A stretch of 64,000 nt of DNA from positions 74,580 through 138,579 of the forward strand of contig PCAK01000032.1 in the NCBI GenBank assembly GCA_002730525.1. The letters are read 5' to 3'. Origin of the DNA: Acidobacteriota bacterium (GTDB lineage: Bacteria > Acidobacteriota > Vicinamibacteria > Vicinamibacterales > UBA823). How positions within the stretch are numbered: the first letter of the stretch is position 1; each line of letters begins with the position of its first letter. Position numbers and translations under genes: made by a program. The notes under the pieces were generated by a model. It was not told where the DNA came from, made no database searches, and worked only from the letters and a program-made list of their open reading frames with translations. Positions 45,539 through 57,847 of the stretch are shown piece by piece.

Positions 45539-46073
45539 GGGAGCGGTCGGCCGTGGTCTCGGGCAGCTCCGCGATCGGCGGCCAGAGGTCCCGCGCCTGC
45601 AGGACCAGTTCGATCAGTTCGCGCACGGCGCCCTCGCCGCCGCGTGCGGTGCTCACCCAGTCGACGCGCTGCCGGACGTCGGCGGCGGCGTCTGCCGGCG
45701 CGGCCGAGAGCCCGACGCGCCCGAGCACCAGGAGATCGAGCAGGTCGTCGCCCATGTAGGCGACCTCGGCGTCGGCCAGGCCGTGGCCGGCGAGGATCTG
45801 CTCGTAGGCTTCGAGTTTCGACGCAACACCCTGCACGACGATCGGCATCTCGAGCTGTCGGGTCCGCAGCGTCGTCGCGGCCGAGGTGCGAGCCGAGAGC
45901 ACACCCGTCAGCAGACCCGCGCGATTCGCCCAGACGATGGCGGCGCCGTCGCGAATGTGGAACTGCTTCGACTCGGACCCGTCGGCGTGCACCTCCACCC
46001 GGCCGTCGGTCAGGACCCCGTCGACGTCGAAGAGCAGCAGGCGGATGCGGGTAGCAGCGGTTTCGAGCGACAC
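45531..46073 (-). CDS. kdsC: 3-deoxy-D-manno-octulosonate 8-phosphate phosphatase
   Basis: It has the HAD motifs LLLFDVDGVLTDG and AYMGDDLLDL. The start is GTG. Confidence 0.85.
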   Translation of the reverse strand: MSLETAATRIRLLLFDVDGVLTDGRVEVHADGSESKQFHIRDGAAIVWANRAGLLTGVLSARTSAATTLRTRQLEMPIVVQGVASKLEAYEQILAGHGLADAEVAYMGDDLLDLLVLGRVGLSAAPADAAADVRQRVDWVSTARGGEGAVRELIELVLQARDLWPPIAELPETTADRSHG

Positions 46074-46092
46074 GCGGAACCTCTAGAAATCT

Positions 46093-47097
46093 CTAGAACA
46101 ACTCGGTTCGCCAGAGGTCGTGGATCTGGAGCACGCCGCGGATGGCCTGCCCGTCGTCCACGACGACGAGCGACGTGATCCGTTTCGCCTCCATGGCGTT
46201 CAGCGCTTCCACGGCGAGGGTGCTGCCGGCGATCGTCACCGGTGCGGCGGTCATGACGTCCTTGGCGGCGCGTGTCAGCACATCGGTCGAGCCGTCCATG
46301 TGGCGTCGAAGGTCGCCGTCGGTGATGATACCCGCCAGGCGCCGGTCGGCGCCCGCCACACAGGTCATCCCGAGCCCCTTGCTCGACATCTCGTAGATGA
46401 CGTCGCGCATCGGCGTCGCGGGTTCGACGCAGGGCAGCTGGTCGCCGCTGTGCATCAGGTGTTCGACCCGCATCAGTCGCTTGCCCAGCTTGCCGCCGGG
46501 ATGCAGGTTGGCGAAGTCTTCCTGTTTGAAGCCCTTGCGGACCAGGAGCGCCATGGCCAGCGCGTCGCCGAGCGCGAGCGCCGCGGTGGTGCTCGCCGTC
46601 GGCACGAGGTTCAGCGGGCAGGCCTCCTCGTTCACGCGGCAGTTCAACGTGACGTCCGCGGCCTGCCCCAGAGTCGAGGTCGGCGCGCCTGTGACGGCGA
46701 CGAGTCGAGCGTCCTGCCGCCGGATCGTCTCCAGCAGGCGCAGCAGTTCGTCGGTCTCGCCGCTGTAGGAGAGCGCGAGGACGGCGTCGCCACGCTGGAT
46801 GACGCCAAGGTCGCCGTGAATCGCCTCGGCCGGGTGCAGGAAGAACGCCGGCGTGCCAGTACTGGAGAGTGTGGCGGCGATCTTCCGGCAGATGATGCCC
46901 GACTTGCCCATGCCGGTCACGATGACGCGGCCGGCGCAGTGCTGCAGCACGTCGACCGCCCGCTCGAACGCGCCGTCGATCCGGTCCAGCAGCGCCAGAA
47001 TCGCGGCGGCCTCGGTCTCGAGCACTTGGCGCGCGAGGGTCAGGTCCGCGCTCAGGGTGGCCGAACTGCCCGGGCGGTCGGTCTTGGTCATGGTCAT
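46093..47097 (-). CDS. kdsD: Arabinose-5-phosphate isomerase (SIS + tandem CBS)
   Basis: It reads MTMTKTDR...[43 protein letters not shown]. Its ATG overlaps the kdsA stop (ATGA). The longer ORF-track start is rejected. Confidence 0.9.
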   Translation of the reverse strand: MTMTKTDRPGSSATLSADLTLARQVLETEAAAILALLDRIDGAFERAVDVLQHCAGRVIVTGMGKSGIICRKIAATLSSTGTPAFFLHPAEAIHGDLGVIQRGDAVLALSYSGETDELLRLLETIRRQDARLVAVTGAPTSTLGQAADVTLNCRVNEEACPLNLVPTASTTAALALGDALAMALLVRKGFKQEDFANLHPGGKLGKRLMRVEHLMHSGDQLPCVEPATPMRDVIYEMSSKGLGMTCVAGADRRLAGIITDGDLRRHMDGSTDVLTRAAKDVMTAAPVTIAGSTLAVEALNAMEAKRITSLVVVDDGQAIRGVLQIHDLWRTELF

Positions 47098-47927
47098 GCG
47101 CGCGCCGCGGCCTCCCGCACCGCGTCGTCGATCCGGGTGAGCCGCTCCAGCAGCGGCGAGAGGGACTCGAGCGGGCACGCGTTCGGGCCGTCGCTCTTCG
47201 CCTCGGCCGGGCGATCGTGGATCTCGAGAAAGACCCCGTCGATGCCCGCGGCGACCCCGGCGGAGGCGAGCGGCACGATGAACTCCGCCTGACCGTCCGA
47301 GGCGCCGTCGGCGCCGCCGGGGAGTTGGAGGCTGTGGGTCACGTCGAAGATGACCGGCACGCCCAGCTGACGGAGTTGCGGAAACGCGCGCATGTCGACG
47401 ACGAGGTTGTTGTAGCCGAACGTCACGCCGCGTTCGGTGACCAGGACCTGGCTGTTGCCGCTATCCGCGAGCTTGGCGATGACATGCCGCATGTCGAGTG
47501 GTGACAGGAACTGGCCCTTCTTCACGTTGACGGTGCGGCCGGTGCGCGCGGCGGCGACGAGCAGGTCGGTTTGCCGCGACAGAAACGCGGGGATCTGCAG
47601 GGCGTCGGCCACCTCGCCGACCACCGCGGCCTGGGCGGCCTCGTGCACGTCCGTGAGAATCGGCAAACCGAGGTCGCGCTTGACGCGTTCGAGAATGCGC
47701 AGGCCCTCGTCGAGTCCCGGTCCCCGGAACGACACCAACGACGTGCGGTTGGCCTTGTCGAACGACGCCTTGAAGACGAACGGAATGCCGCGCTCGGTCG
47801 TGACGGCCTTGATGCGCTCGGCGAGCGACAGGACGTGCGCCTCGCTCTCGATGACGCACGGGCCGCCGATGAGCGCCAGCGGCCGGCCGGTGCCGAACCC
47901 GACGCCGCCGATCGTGACCGGATTCAC
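47094..47927 (-). CDS. kdsA: 3-deoxy-8-phosphooctulonate synthase
   Basis: 277 aa ORF with [22 protein letters not shown] and [14 protein letters not shown]. Confidence 0.95.
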   Translation of the reverse strand: MNPVTIGGVGFGTGRPLALIGGPCVIESEAHVLSLAERIKAVTTERGIPFVFKASFDKANRTSLVSFRGPGLDEGLRILERVKRDLGLPILTDVHEAAQAAVVGEVADALQIPAFLSRQTDLLVAAARTGRTVNVKKGQFLSPLDMRHVIAKLADSGNSQVLVTERGVTFGYNNLVVDMRAFPQLRQLGVPVIFDVTHSLQLPGGADGASDGQAEFIVPLASAGVAAGIDGVFLEIHDRPAEAKSDGPNACPLESLSPLLERLTRIDDAVREAAARA

Positions 47928-47977
47928 CAGCCCATTATAGACCGCCCCACGGCCGGCGGCCGTGGGCAGAAGGACTG

Positions 47978-49612
47978 CTAGCCGGCCAGCGAGGCCGCGG
48001 GCTGGGGCCGTGGCGACGCGGCCTGCTTGTGCTCGTAGCTGGCCGCCACGAAGTGGTCGAACAGCGGATGCGGGTGGAGCGGCTTCGACCTGAACTCGGG
48101 GTGGAACTGGACCGCCACGTACCAGGGATGCTCCGGAAGTTCGAGCACCTCGACGAACTTCCCGTCCGGGGACTGTCCGACGATTCGCAGGCCGTGCTCC
48201 GCCAGCAGCTTCTCGTAGTCGCGATTGAACTCGTAGCGATGCCGGTGGCGCTCCCGAATCTCGCGCTGGCCGTAGGCGTCGAGGGCCTTCGAGTCGGGCG
48301 CCAGTTCACAGGCATACCCACCGAGCCGCATCGTGCCGCCGAGGTCGTCGACGCCGAGCAGGTCGCGGAGCTTGTAGATCACCTTGTGCACGGCATCCGG
48401 GGTGCACTCGGTCGAGTCGGCGCCCTCGAGGCCGCAGACGTTCCGGGCGAACTCGACGGCCGCCCACTGGAACCCGTAGCAGATACCGAAGTAGGGGATC
48501 TGGCGCTCGCGAGCGACCCGCGCGGCGCACATCATCCCGCGGCTGCCGCGGTCGCCGAACCCGCCCGGCACGAGGATGCCGTCCGCGCCGTCGAGGAGAC
48601 GCTCGCCGTCGGGCGCCTCGAGCGCCTCGGATTCGATCCACTTGATCGCGATCTTCAGGCCATGCTTGAAGCCGGCGTGGTAGACCGCCTCGTTCAGGCT
48701 CTTGTAGGAATCCTCGTAGCCGACGTACTTGCCGACGACGTGAATGGTGAGTTCGTCCTTCGGATGTCGGATCCGTTCGACCAGCGCCTCCCAGGCGCTC
48801 ATGTCCCGCCGCTCGGCGGACAGATTGAGATGCTTGAGGACGATCGGGTCGAGGCCCTCGCCGGCGAGCGCCAGCGGCACCTCGTAGATGTTGGTCACGT
48901 CCCTCGCGGTGATCACCGCCTCCTCGTCGACGTCGCAGAACAGGGCGATCTTCTGCTTGATCGCCGGGTCGAGTTGCCGGTCGGTGCGGCACAGCAGGAT
49001 GTCCGGCTGGATGCCGATGGCGCGCAGATCGCGGACGCTGTGCTGCGTCGGCTTGGTCTTGAGCTCGCCTGCCGTGCCGATGAACGGGACCAGCGTGAGG
49101 TGGACGTAGAGCGTGTTCTCCCGGCCCACGTCCTGCCGGAACTGGCGGATCGCTTCGAGGAACGGCTGGCTCTCGATGTCGCCCACCGTGCCGCCGATCT
49201 CGACGAGCACGATGTCGGCCTTGTCGGATACCGCACGGATGCTGGCCTTGATCTCGTCGGTGATGTGCGGGATGACCTGGACGGTACGACCGAGATAGTC
49301 GCCGTGGCGCTCCTTTTCGATCACCGAGAGAAAGATCTTTCCTGTGGTCCAGTTGTGGTTGCGCGTCGTGACCGTGCTGGTGAACCGCTCGTAGTGGCCC
49401 AGGTCGAGGTCGGTCTCGGCGCCGTCGTCCGTGACGTACACCTCGCCGTGCTGGTACGGGCTCATCGTGCCGGGATCGACGTTCACGTAGGGGTCGAACT
49501 TGAGCATCGTCACCCTGTAGCCGTGGCCTTCCAGCAGGCACCCGAGCGACGCTGCGGCCAGCCCCTTGCCCAACGACGACACCACTCCACCCGTCACGAA
49601 GATGTATTTCAT
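47978..49612 (-). CDS. pyrG: CTP synthase
   Basis: It starts [17 protein letters not shown] at 49612. The glutamine amidotransferase motif is GICYGFQ. Confidence 0.95.
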   Translation of the reverse strand: MKYIFVTGGVVSSLGKGLAAASLGCLLEGHGYRVTMLKFDPYVNVDPGTMSPYQHGEVYVTDDGAETDLDLGHYERFTSTVTTRNHNWTTGKIFLSVIEKERHGDYLGRTVQVIPHITDEIKASIRAVSDKADIVLVEIGGTVGDIESQPFLEAIRQFRQDVGRENTLYVHLTLVPFIGTAGELKTKPTQHSVRDLRAIGIQPDILLCRTDRQLDPAIKQKIALFCDVDEEAVITARDVTNIYEVPLALAGEGLDPIVLKHLNLSAERRDMSAWEALVERIRHPKDELTIHVVGKYVGYEDSYKSLNEAVYHAGFKHGLKIAIKWIESEALEAPDGERLLDGADGILVPGGFGDRGSRGMMCAARVARERQIPYFGICYGFQWAAVEFARNVCGLEGADSTECTPDAVHKVIYKLRDLLGVDDLGGTMRLGGYACELAPDSKALDAYGQREIRERHRHRYEFNRDYEKLLAEHGLRIVGQSPDGKFVEVLELPEHPWYVAVQFHPEFRSKPLHPHPLFDHFVAASYEHKQAASPRPQPAASLAG

Positions 49613-49644
49613 CGGTCGACCGTTCCTCCCTAGCGGCAGCTCCG

Positions 49645-50424
49645 TCACGCGCGAGCTCCGGCGGTCAGGGCCCGGCGGGCCCGTTCGACGTCCTCGGGCG
49701 TGTCCACGCCCAGCGAATTGCCCGTCGTTTCGACGGTCCTGATGGCGAAGCCGTGCTCGAGCGCCCGCAGCTGCTCCAGCGACTCGGCGGTCTCGAGCGG
49801 CATCGGGGGCAGGCTGGCCAGCTCGAGCAAGAACGCTCGGCGGTAGACGTAGAGGCCGATGTGCTTGTAGACGGTCGGCGTGACGCCGGGGGGCGCATGC
49901 GGGATCGTCTGGCGCGAGAAGTACAGGGCGTCTCCCTGTTGGTCGACCACGACCTTGACCACGTGGGGATCGGCCAGTTCCGCCGGGTCGTCGATCCGCC
50001 CGCGCAGCGTTGACATCACGATTGCCGGGTCGTCGACCAGGGGCGCCAGCGCGGCTTCAATCATTGATGGCTCGATGAACGGTTCGTCGCCCTGGACGTT
50101 GACGACGATGCCGCACGGGAGCCGGCCCGCGACCTCGGCCACCCGCTCGGTTCCCGACCGGTGCGTGTCGCGGGTTCGTTCGACGAGACCGCCGAAGCCG
50201 GCGACGGCGTCGGCGATCCGGTCGTCGTCGGTCGCGACCATCACGGCGTCGAGTGTAGAGGCCGCCTGCGCCCGACGGTAGACGTGCTCGACCATCGGCC
50301 GGCCGGCGATGTCGATCAGTACTTTGCCGGGAAGTCGGGTCGACGCGTAGCGAGCGGGGATGACAGCGATGGCCGAGGAATCTGTAAGGGTGGGATGCTT
50401 GCCCGAAGCCGTCGCAGGGTGCAC
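49645..50424 (-). CDS. kdsB: 3-deoxy-manno-octulosonate cytidylyltransferase (CMP-Kdo synthetase)
   Basis: It has AVIPARYASTRLPGKVL and VNVQGDEPFI. The start is taken at GTG 50424, with GTG 50439 as an alternative. The 514 aa ORF-track prefix is Arg/Gly junk. Confidence 0.85.
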   Translation of the reverse strand: MHPATASGKHPTLTDSSAIAVIPARYASTRLPGKVLIDIAGRPMVEHVYRRAQAASTLDAVMVATDDDRIADAVAGFGGLVERTRDTHRSGTERVAEVAGRLPCGIVVNVQGDEPFIEPSMIEAALAPLVDDPAIVMSTLRGRIDDPAELADPHVVKVVVDQQGDALYFSRQTIPHAPPGVTPTVYKHIGLYVYRRAFLLELASLPPMPLETAESLEQLRALEHGFAIRTVETTGNSLGVDTPEDVERARRALTAGARA

Positions 50425-50429
50425 GGCGA

Positions 50430-50438
50430 ATATTAACA
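50430..50438 (-). promoter_or_regulatory. Candidate extended -10 (TGTTAATAT) 5 nt upstream of kdsB GTG
   Basis: This is the only AT-rich patch in the kdsB upstream region. The minus strand reads TGTTAATAT, then tcgcc, then GTG. Confidence 0.3.
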
Positions 50439-50502
50439 CAATTGCACGCCGCCGCACGCTGCCGCGTTCGGGGCTGGGAACGACGCGCGCGCTGGTGCTA
50501 CG

Positions 50503-51045
50503 ATGGACGGACCGACAATGCGCACGAAACGGCTCGTCGGGTGGTCGATTGGCGGCGCGCTGGTGGTGGCCTGGATGGCGGCGGCGACGCCCTCCGACCC
50601 CCAGGTGCCCGAACGATCGGTGGTGCTCAGTCCCGCGGCGCGCGCGGCCGTGACGGTGCCCGGCTTTGCCACCGAGGCCGATCGGTTGCGGACCTTCATG
50701 TCGGCGCCGCCGGCGCCCCATCGCCCGGCGCGCAATCCCTTTACATTCGGCGGGCGAGAAGCGCCGGCGATGTCGTCGCCCGGCGAGTCGGCACCCTCCG
50801 GGTCCGCGGTGGCACCGGAGCCTCCGGTCGTCTCGCCGCCGGCCATCGACCTGATCGGGATTGCCACCGAGCGCGCGGCGGACGGGTCGCCCGTCTACAC
50901 GGCGATCGTGTCGGTGGACGGTCTGATGCGGTTCCTCGCGGTCGGCGAGGGCGTGCTGCCCGGCACGCGGGTCGCGGATATCGACGCGGCGACCGTCATG
51001 CTCGACGACGGCACTGGCGTGCCGCGCCGCCTGACTCTTCCTTAA
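50503..51045 (+). CDS. Hypothetical membrane-anchored/secreted protein with PilP/GspC-like C-terminal domain
   Basis: It has an N-terminal hydrophobic anchor (LVGWSIGGALVVAWMAAA), an RNPF motif and the C-terminal LIGIATERAADGSPVYTAIVSVDGLMRFLAVGEGVLPGTRVADIDAATVML, which resembles PilP in this window. ATG 50518 is an alternative start. Confidence 0.55.
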   Translation: MDGPTMRTKRLVGWSIGGALVVAWMAAATPSDPQVPERSVVLSPAARAAVTVPGFATEADRLRTFMSAPPAPHRPARNPFTFGGREAPAMSSPGESAPSGSAVAPEPPVVSPPAIDLIGIATERAADGSPVYTAIVSVDGLMRFLAVGEGVLPGTRVADIDAATVMLDDGTGVPRRLTLP

Positions 51046-51086
51046 GTCGGGGCTTCGCCCCGACCCCCGCGGCGTGCTCCGCGGGG
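51046..51086. terminator. Two consecutive 8-bp GC hairpins between convergent genes (candidate bidirectional terminator, no U-tract)
   Basis: GTCGGGGC-TTC-GCCCCGAC is at 51046-51064 and CCCCGCGG-CGTGCT-CCGCGGGG at 51065-51086. Confidence 0.4.
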
Positions 51087-51143
51087 ACCCCGAGTGCCCC
51101 ACTCCGCACGCCGCGGAGCGCGCCGTGCGCGCTCTGTCCCTAT

Positions 51144-52748
51144 CTACACCCGTACGAGATCGGCGCTCCAGACCGCCGGCACGGCGCACAGCGCGTCCAG
51201 CAGGCGGTCGTCCAGGGCCGGGCCTTCCGATGTGGTCGGTTCATCCACGTTCACGACGGCGATGGCACCGGACGGTCCGCGGCCGAGCGCGAAGCTGGCG
51301 ACGTTGATCCCGTGCGTGCCGAGAATCGTGCCGATCGCGCCGATGACGCCCGGCTCGTCGCGATTGCGGACGACGATGTGCGTGCCGTCGAGTCCGGCCT
51401 CGATCTCCACGCCGTCGAGCAGGACCAGGCGCGCGCCGCCATGCTCGAACCGCGCGCCTTCGACCCACAGGACGCCATCCGATGTCTCGATCTTGAGCGA
51501 CATGAGGCTCGTGAAATCTCGCGGCCGCGAACTTCGCGACTCGATCACCTCGACACCGCGCCCCTCGGCCACGGCGCGCGCATTGATGACGGTGACGGTC
51601 GAGGAGAGCATCGTGCGGAACAACCCGGTGAGCACGGCGCCCACGAGTGGCTCGGTCGTGCCCGTCGCGAGTCCACCGTAGTACCGGATCTTCACGCGGC
51701 GGGTCCGGCCGGTGACGAGCTGAGCGGCGAAGGCGGCGAGTTGCTCCGCCAGCCCGATGAACGGCTGCAGCCGCTTGAGCTCCTCGGGCGGGATCGACGG
51801 AAAATTGACCGCGTTGCGCACGATCCCGAAGCGGATGTAGTCGCGGACACTGGCGGCAGTCTCGGTGCCCACGAGGTGTTGGGCCTCGGTGGTTGAGCCG
51901 GCGATGTGCGGTGTGGCGACGACCTGGGGCAGGGCGGTCAGTCGGGACTGGACCGGCGGCTCCTGTTCGAACACGTCCAGGCCGGCGCCCGCGACCTGGC
52001 CGGCCTCGATGGCGTCCACCAGGGCCTGCTCGTCGATGAGGTCGCCCCGGGCCGTGTTGATGAGCCGGACGCCCCGCTTGCAGGCCGCCAGGCGCTCGGC
52101 ATCAAAGAGCCGACGCGTTGCCGCGGTGGCGGGCACGTGAAGGCTGATGAAGTCCGCTCGGGCGCTCAGGTCGTCGAGTGTGACGAGGGCGACGTCGAGA
52201 TCGCCGGCGATTTGCTCGGCGATGAACGGGTCATGGGCTATGACCTGCATGCCGAACGCTCGTGCGCGGGAGGCCACCTCCTGCCCGACCCGCCCGAGGC
52301 CGACCAGGCCGAGGGTCTTGCCACGTAGCTCGGTGCCGAGGTGTTCGCGCTTCGTCCAGCGGCCGTCCTTCATCGCCGCATCCGCGCGGGCGATCGACCG
52401 GCCGAGCGACAGCATCAGCGCGCAGACGTGCTCGGCGACGCTTACACTGTTTGCGCCGGGGGCGTTGAGGACCAGGATCCCACGCTCGCTGGCCGCCGCC
52501 AGATCGACGTTGTCGACGCCCGAGCCGGCCCGGGCGACCACCTTGAGCCGGGGCGCGGCGGCGAGCAGCGCCGCGTCCACCTGCGTCGCGCTCCTGACGA
52601 CCAGTCCTTCGGCATCCGCGAGGTCGGCCAGCAACTGGTCGTGCGGCCGTCCAGCGCGGGCATCGACCTGCCAGCCCTCCTGGCGGAGCAGATCGGCCGC
52701 CGCGGCGGGCAGTTCGTCGGCGATGACTATTTTCGTGGGTGTGGACAT
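51144..52748 (-). CDS. serA: D-3-phosphoglycerate dehydrogenase (with ASB and ACT domains)
   Basis: From ATG 52748 it reads MSTPTKIVIADELP, then GLVGLGRVGQEVA (NAD site) and INTARGDLID, with a C-terminal ACT-like region. Confidence 0.9.
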   Translation of the reverse strand: MSTPTKIVIADELPAAAADLLRQEGWQVDARAGRPHDQLLADLADAEGLVVRSATQVDAALLAAAPRLKVVARAGSGVDNVDLAAASERGILVLNAPGANSVSVAEHVCALMLSLGRSIARADAAMKDGRWTKREHLGTELRGKTLGLVGLGRVGQEVASRARAFGMQVIAHDPFIAEQIAGDLDVALVTLDDLSARADFISLHVPATAATRRLFDAERLAACKRGVRLINTARGDLIDEQALVDAIEAGQVAGAGLDVFEQEPPVQSRLTALPQVVATPHIAGSTTEAQHLVGTETAASVRDYIRFGIVRNAVNFPSIPPEELKRLQPFIGLAEQLAAFAAQLVTGRTRRVKIRYYGGLATGTTEPLVGAVLTGLFRTMLSSTVTVINARAVAEGRGVEVIESRSSRPRDFTSLMSLKIETSDGVLWVEGARFEHGGARLVLLDGVEIEAGLDGTHIVVRNRDEPGVIGAIGTILGTHGINVASFALGRGPSGAIAVVNVDEPTTSEGPALDDRLLDALCAVPAVWSADLVRV

Positions 52749-52999
52749 TACGGGGCGACTGTCAGTGTGCGCGGGTAGTTTACGACGTGCCACATCTCCG
52801 TGGCGCTCAGCGTCCGCTCGAAGCCGCGCATGCCGGAGCGGGTGCCGTTCCGAATGACGCGAAACAGATTGCCGTCGCCCGCGCCGAGGTCCCAGACCTC
52901 GTCGGTGAGGCCGACGGCTGTCATCCAAATACAGGCGGCGCAGGTGATGCACGCGACGATGAGACGCCGTGCCGAGTGCGGCACGCGGACGGATGTCAT
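52748..52999 (-). CDS. Hypothetical 83-aa membrane-anchored protein, translationally coupled to serA
   Basis: ATG 52999 has GAGG 4 nt upstream. The TM segment is RRLIVACITCAACIWMTAVGL. Its stop overlaps the serA ATG (TAATG). Confidence 0.35.
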   Translation of the reverse strand: MTSVRVPHSARRLIVACITCAACIWMTAVGLTDEVWDLGAGDGNLFRVIRNGTRSGMRGFERTLSATEMWHVVNYPRTLTVAP

Positions 53000-53201
53000 G
53001 GAACCTCGAGCGACGAAATGGTGAGTGGATGATCCCCGCGCGTCGGGGCCCAACGCTGTACGCATACAGTATAATGTGGTCCGCACGCCGGCACGCGGGC
53101 TAGTCGATAGCGCCTGTCGCACCACGATGGTGCAAATCGCTCGAACCCCCCAGTTGAAGCGGCGTAGCGGCGCGCGGGCAGATGTTTTCCACAAGGTTTT
53201 C

Positions 53202-53214
53202 CACAGAATCTGTG
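53202..53214. promoter_or_regulatory. Perfect palindrome CACAG-AAT-CTGTG flanked by TTTTCCACA direct repeats (candidate operator)
   Basis: Seen directly. It lies in the 318-nt serA-icd divergent intergenic region. Confidence 0.3.
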
Positions 53215-53317
53215 AACATCCTGCGTGAAAGTCGGGGGCTCTGACCTAAAACGTTCGGTCACGTCTTCACGACAGACTGTTCATAACGACGGATTTGACA
53301 TTCATCATTCGTAACTC

Positions 53318-54553
<1,236 letters not shown>

Positions 54554-54590
54554 CCGACCGCGCGGCGCGGTCGCCGAGGGAGATAGATTC

Positions 54591-55517
54591 ATGAATCGCA
54601 AAGTCACCGTTGTGGGCTCCGGCCACGTAGGGGCCACGGCCGCGCGCCGGATCGCCACGAAGGAACTGGCCGACGTCGTCCTGCTCGACATCCTCGAGGG
54701 GGTGCCGCAGGGCAAGGGCCTGGACATGCTGGAAGCGAACCCGGTGGAGGGGTCGGACGCGCGTGTCCTCGGCACGAACGACTACGCCGATACGGCCGGG
54801 TCCGACATCGTCGTGATCACGGCGGGTCTCGCCCGAAAGCCAGGCATGAGCCGGGACGACCTGCTCGCCAAGAACAAGACCATCATCAAGAGCGTGACCG
54901 AGAACGTCGTCGCGCACTCGCCGGAGTGCATCATCATTCCGGTGACCAATCCACTGGACGCGATGTGTCAGGTGGTCTACAAGGTCAGCGGCTTTCCACG
55001 CGAGCGGGTCGTGGGCATGGCCGGGATTCTGGATTCCGCCCGGATGCGGGCGTTCATCGCCATGGAACTCGGCGTGTCGGTCGAGAACACCCACGCATTC
55101 GTGCTGGGTGGCCACGGCGACACGATGGTGCCGCTGCCGCGGTACTCGACGGTGGCGGGCATTCCGATCACCGAACTCATGGATGCCGCGACGGTCGAGG
55201 CGATCGTGAAGCGGACCGCGGGCGGCGGCGGCGAGGTCGTCAAGCTGCTCGGCAGCGGCAGCGCCTACTACGCGCCGGGATCGGCCGTCGTGGAAATGGT
55301 CGACGCGATCCTGAAGGACAAGAAGAAGATCCTGCCGTGCGCGGCGTTCCTCCAGGGCGAGTACGGCATCTCCGACCTGTTCGTCGGCGTGCCGGTGAAA
55401 CTGGGCGCCCGCGGCATGGAGGAGATCATCCAGATCACGCTGACGCCGGACGAGCAGGCCGCGCTTCAGAAGTCGGCCGATGCCGTCGCCGAACTGGTCG
55501 AGATCTTGAAATTGTAG
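54591..55517 (+). CDS. mdh: Malate dehydrogenase (LDH-like family)
   Basis: It has [13 protein letters not shown] and [16 protein letters not shown] (the Arg specifies oxaloacetate). Confidence 0.95.
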   Translation: MNRKVTVVGSGHVGATAARRIATKELADVVLLDILEGVPQGKGLDMLEANPVEGSDARVLGTNDYADTAGSDIVVITAGLARKPGMSRDDLLAKNKTIIKSVTENVVAHSPECIIIPVTNPLDAMCQVVYKVSGFPRERVVGMAGILDSARMRAFIAMELGVSVENTHAFVLGGHGDTMVPLPRYSTVAGIPITELMDAATVEAIVKRTAGGGGEVVKLLGSGSAYYAPGSAVVEMVDAILKDKKKILPCAAFLQGEYGISDLFVGVPVKLGARGMEEIIQITLTPDEQAALQKSADAVAELVEILKL

Positions 55518-55521
55518 ATTC

Positions 55522-56688
<1,167 letters not shown>

Positions 56689-56709
56689 CGGCGAGCGGGC
56701 GAGCGAGCG

Positions 56710-57576
<867 letters not shown>

Positions 57577-57711
57577 CCGAGTGCGCGAGACGCGCCGACC
57601 CGTTCAACCGAACTATTGAATCGTCGGCGGCGTTCGTCCGCCGGCGCGGTCGCTCCGGCCGGGATTTCCGGCGAAAAACTTCCAAAAACCCCTAATTTCA
57701 CGCCTGTTTCG

Positions 57712-57720
57712 TGCTATGAT
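57712..57720 (+). promoter_or_regulatory. Candidate extended -10 (TGCTATGAT) for korAB
   Basis: TGCTATGAT lies in the AT-richer part of the 271-nt sucD-korA spacer. It implies a leader of about 120 nt. Confidence 0.35.
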
Positions 57721-57847
57721 TCATTGTTACGTCGGTCGAGGTTGTCTCCGGCCATCGAGTCATACAGCACCCGCCTAGTACACCCGGCGGTCGGGGAGTA
57801 GAGGTTACCCGCGTGTCGGGCCCGAGGCTCGGCAAGGACACGGTCGA

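Noticed and set aside
49645-51189. Over-long ORF-track models: kdsB 514 aa, serA 602 aa (51144-52952), polX 798 aa (7088-9484), GHMP kinase 487 aa (8824-10287), murB 437 aa (14659-15972), kdsD 361 aa and rplM 196 aa.
   Set aside because: The N-terminal extensions are Arg/Gly-rich junk, overlap neighbouring real genes or promoters, and precede an internal start. That internal start gives the normal family N-terminus (for example MSTPTKIVIAD for SerA and MDNLVIARVF for PolX).
53056-53069. CTGTA-CGCA-TACAG as a LexA SOS box.
   Set aside because: The E. coli-type box is CTGT-N8-ACAG, whereas this site has N6. The LexA motifs I recall for other phyla are different. No DNA-repair gene is controlled here. 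It is kept only as a generic palindrome in the serA-icd spacer finding.
57616-57801. 61-aa ORF in the sucD-korA spacer, plus ORFs 53025-53228(+) and 52996-53262(-) in the serA-icd spacer.
   Set aside because: They have no SD, atypical composition and codon usage, and overlap the predicted promoter and leader elements. They are more likely non-coding regulatory DNA.
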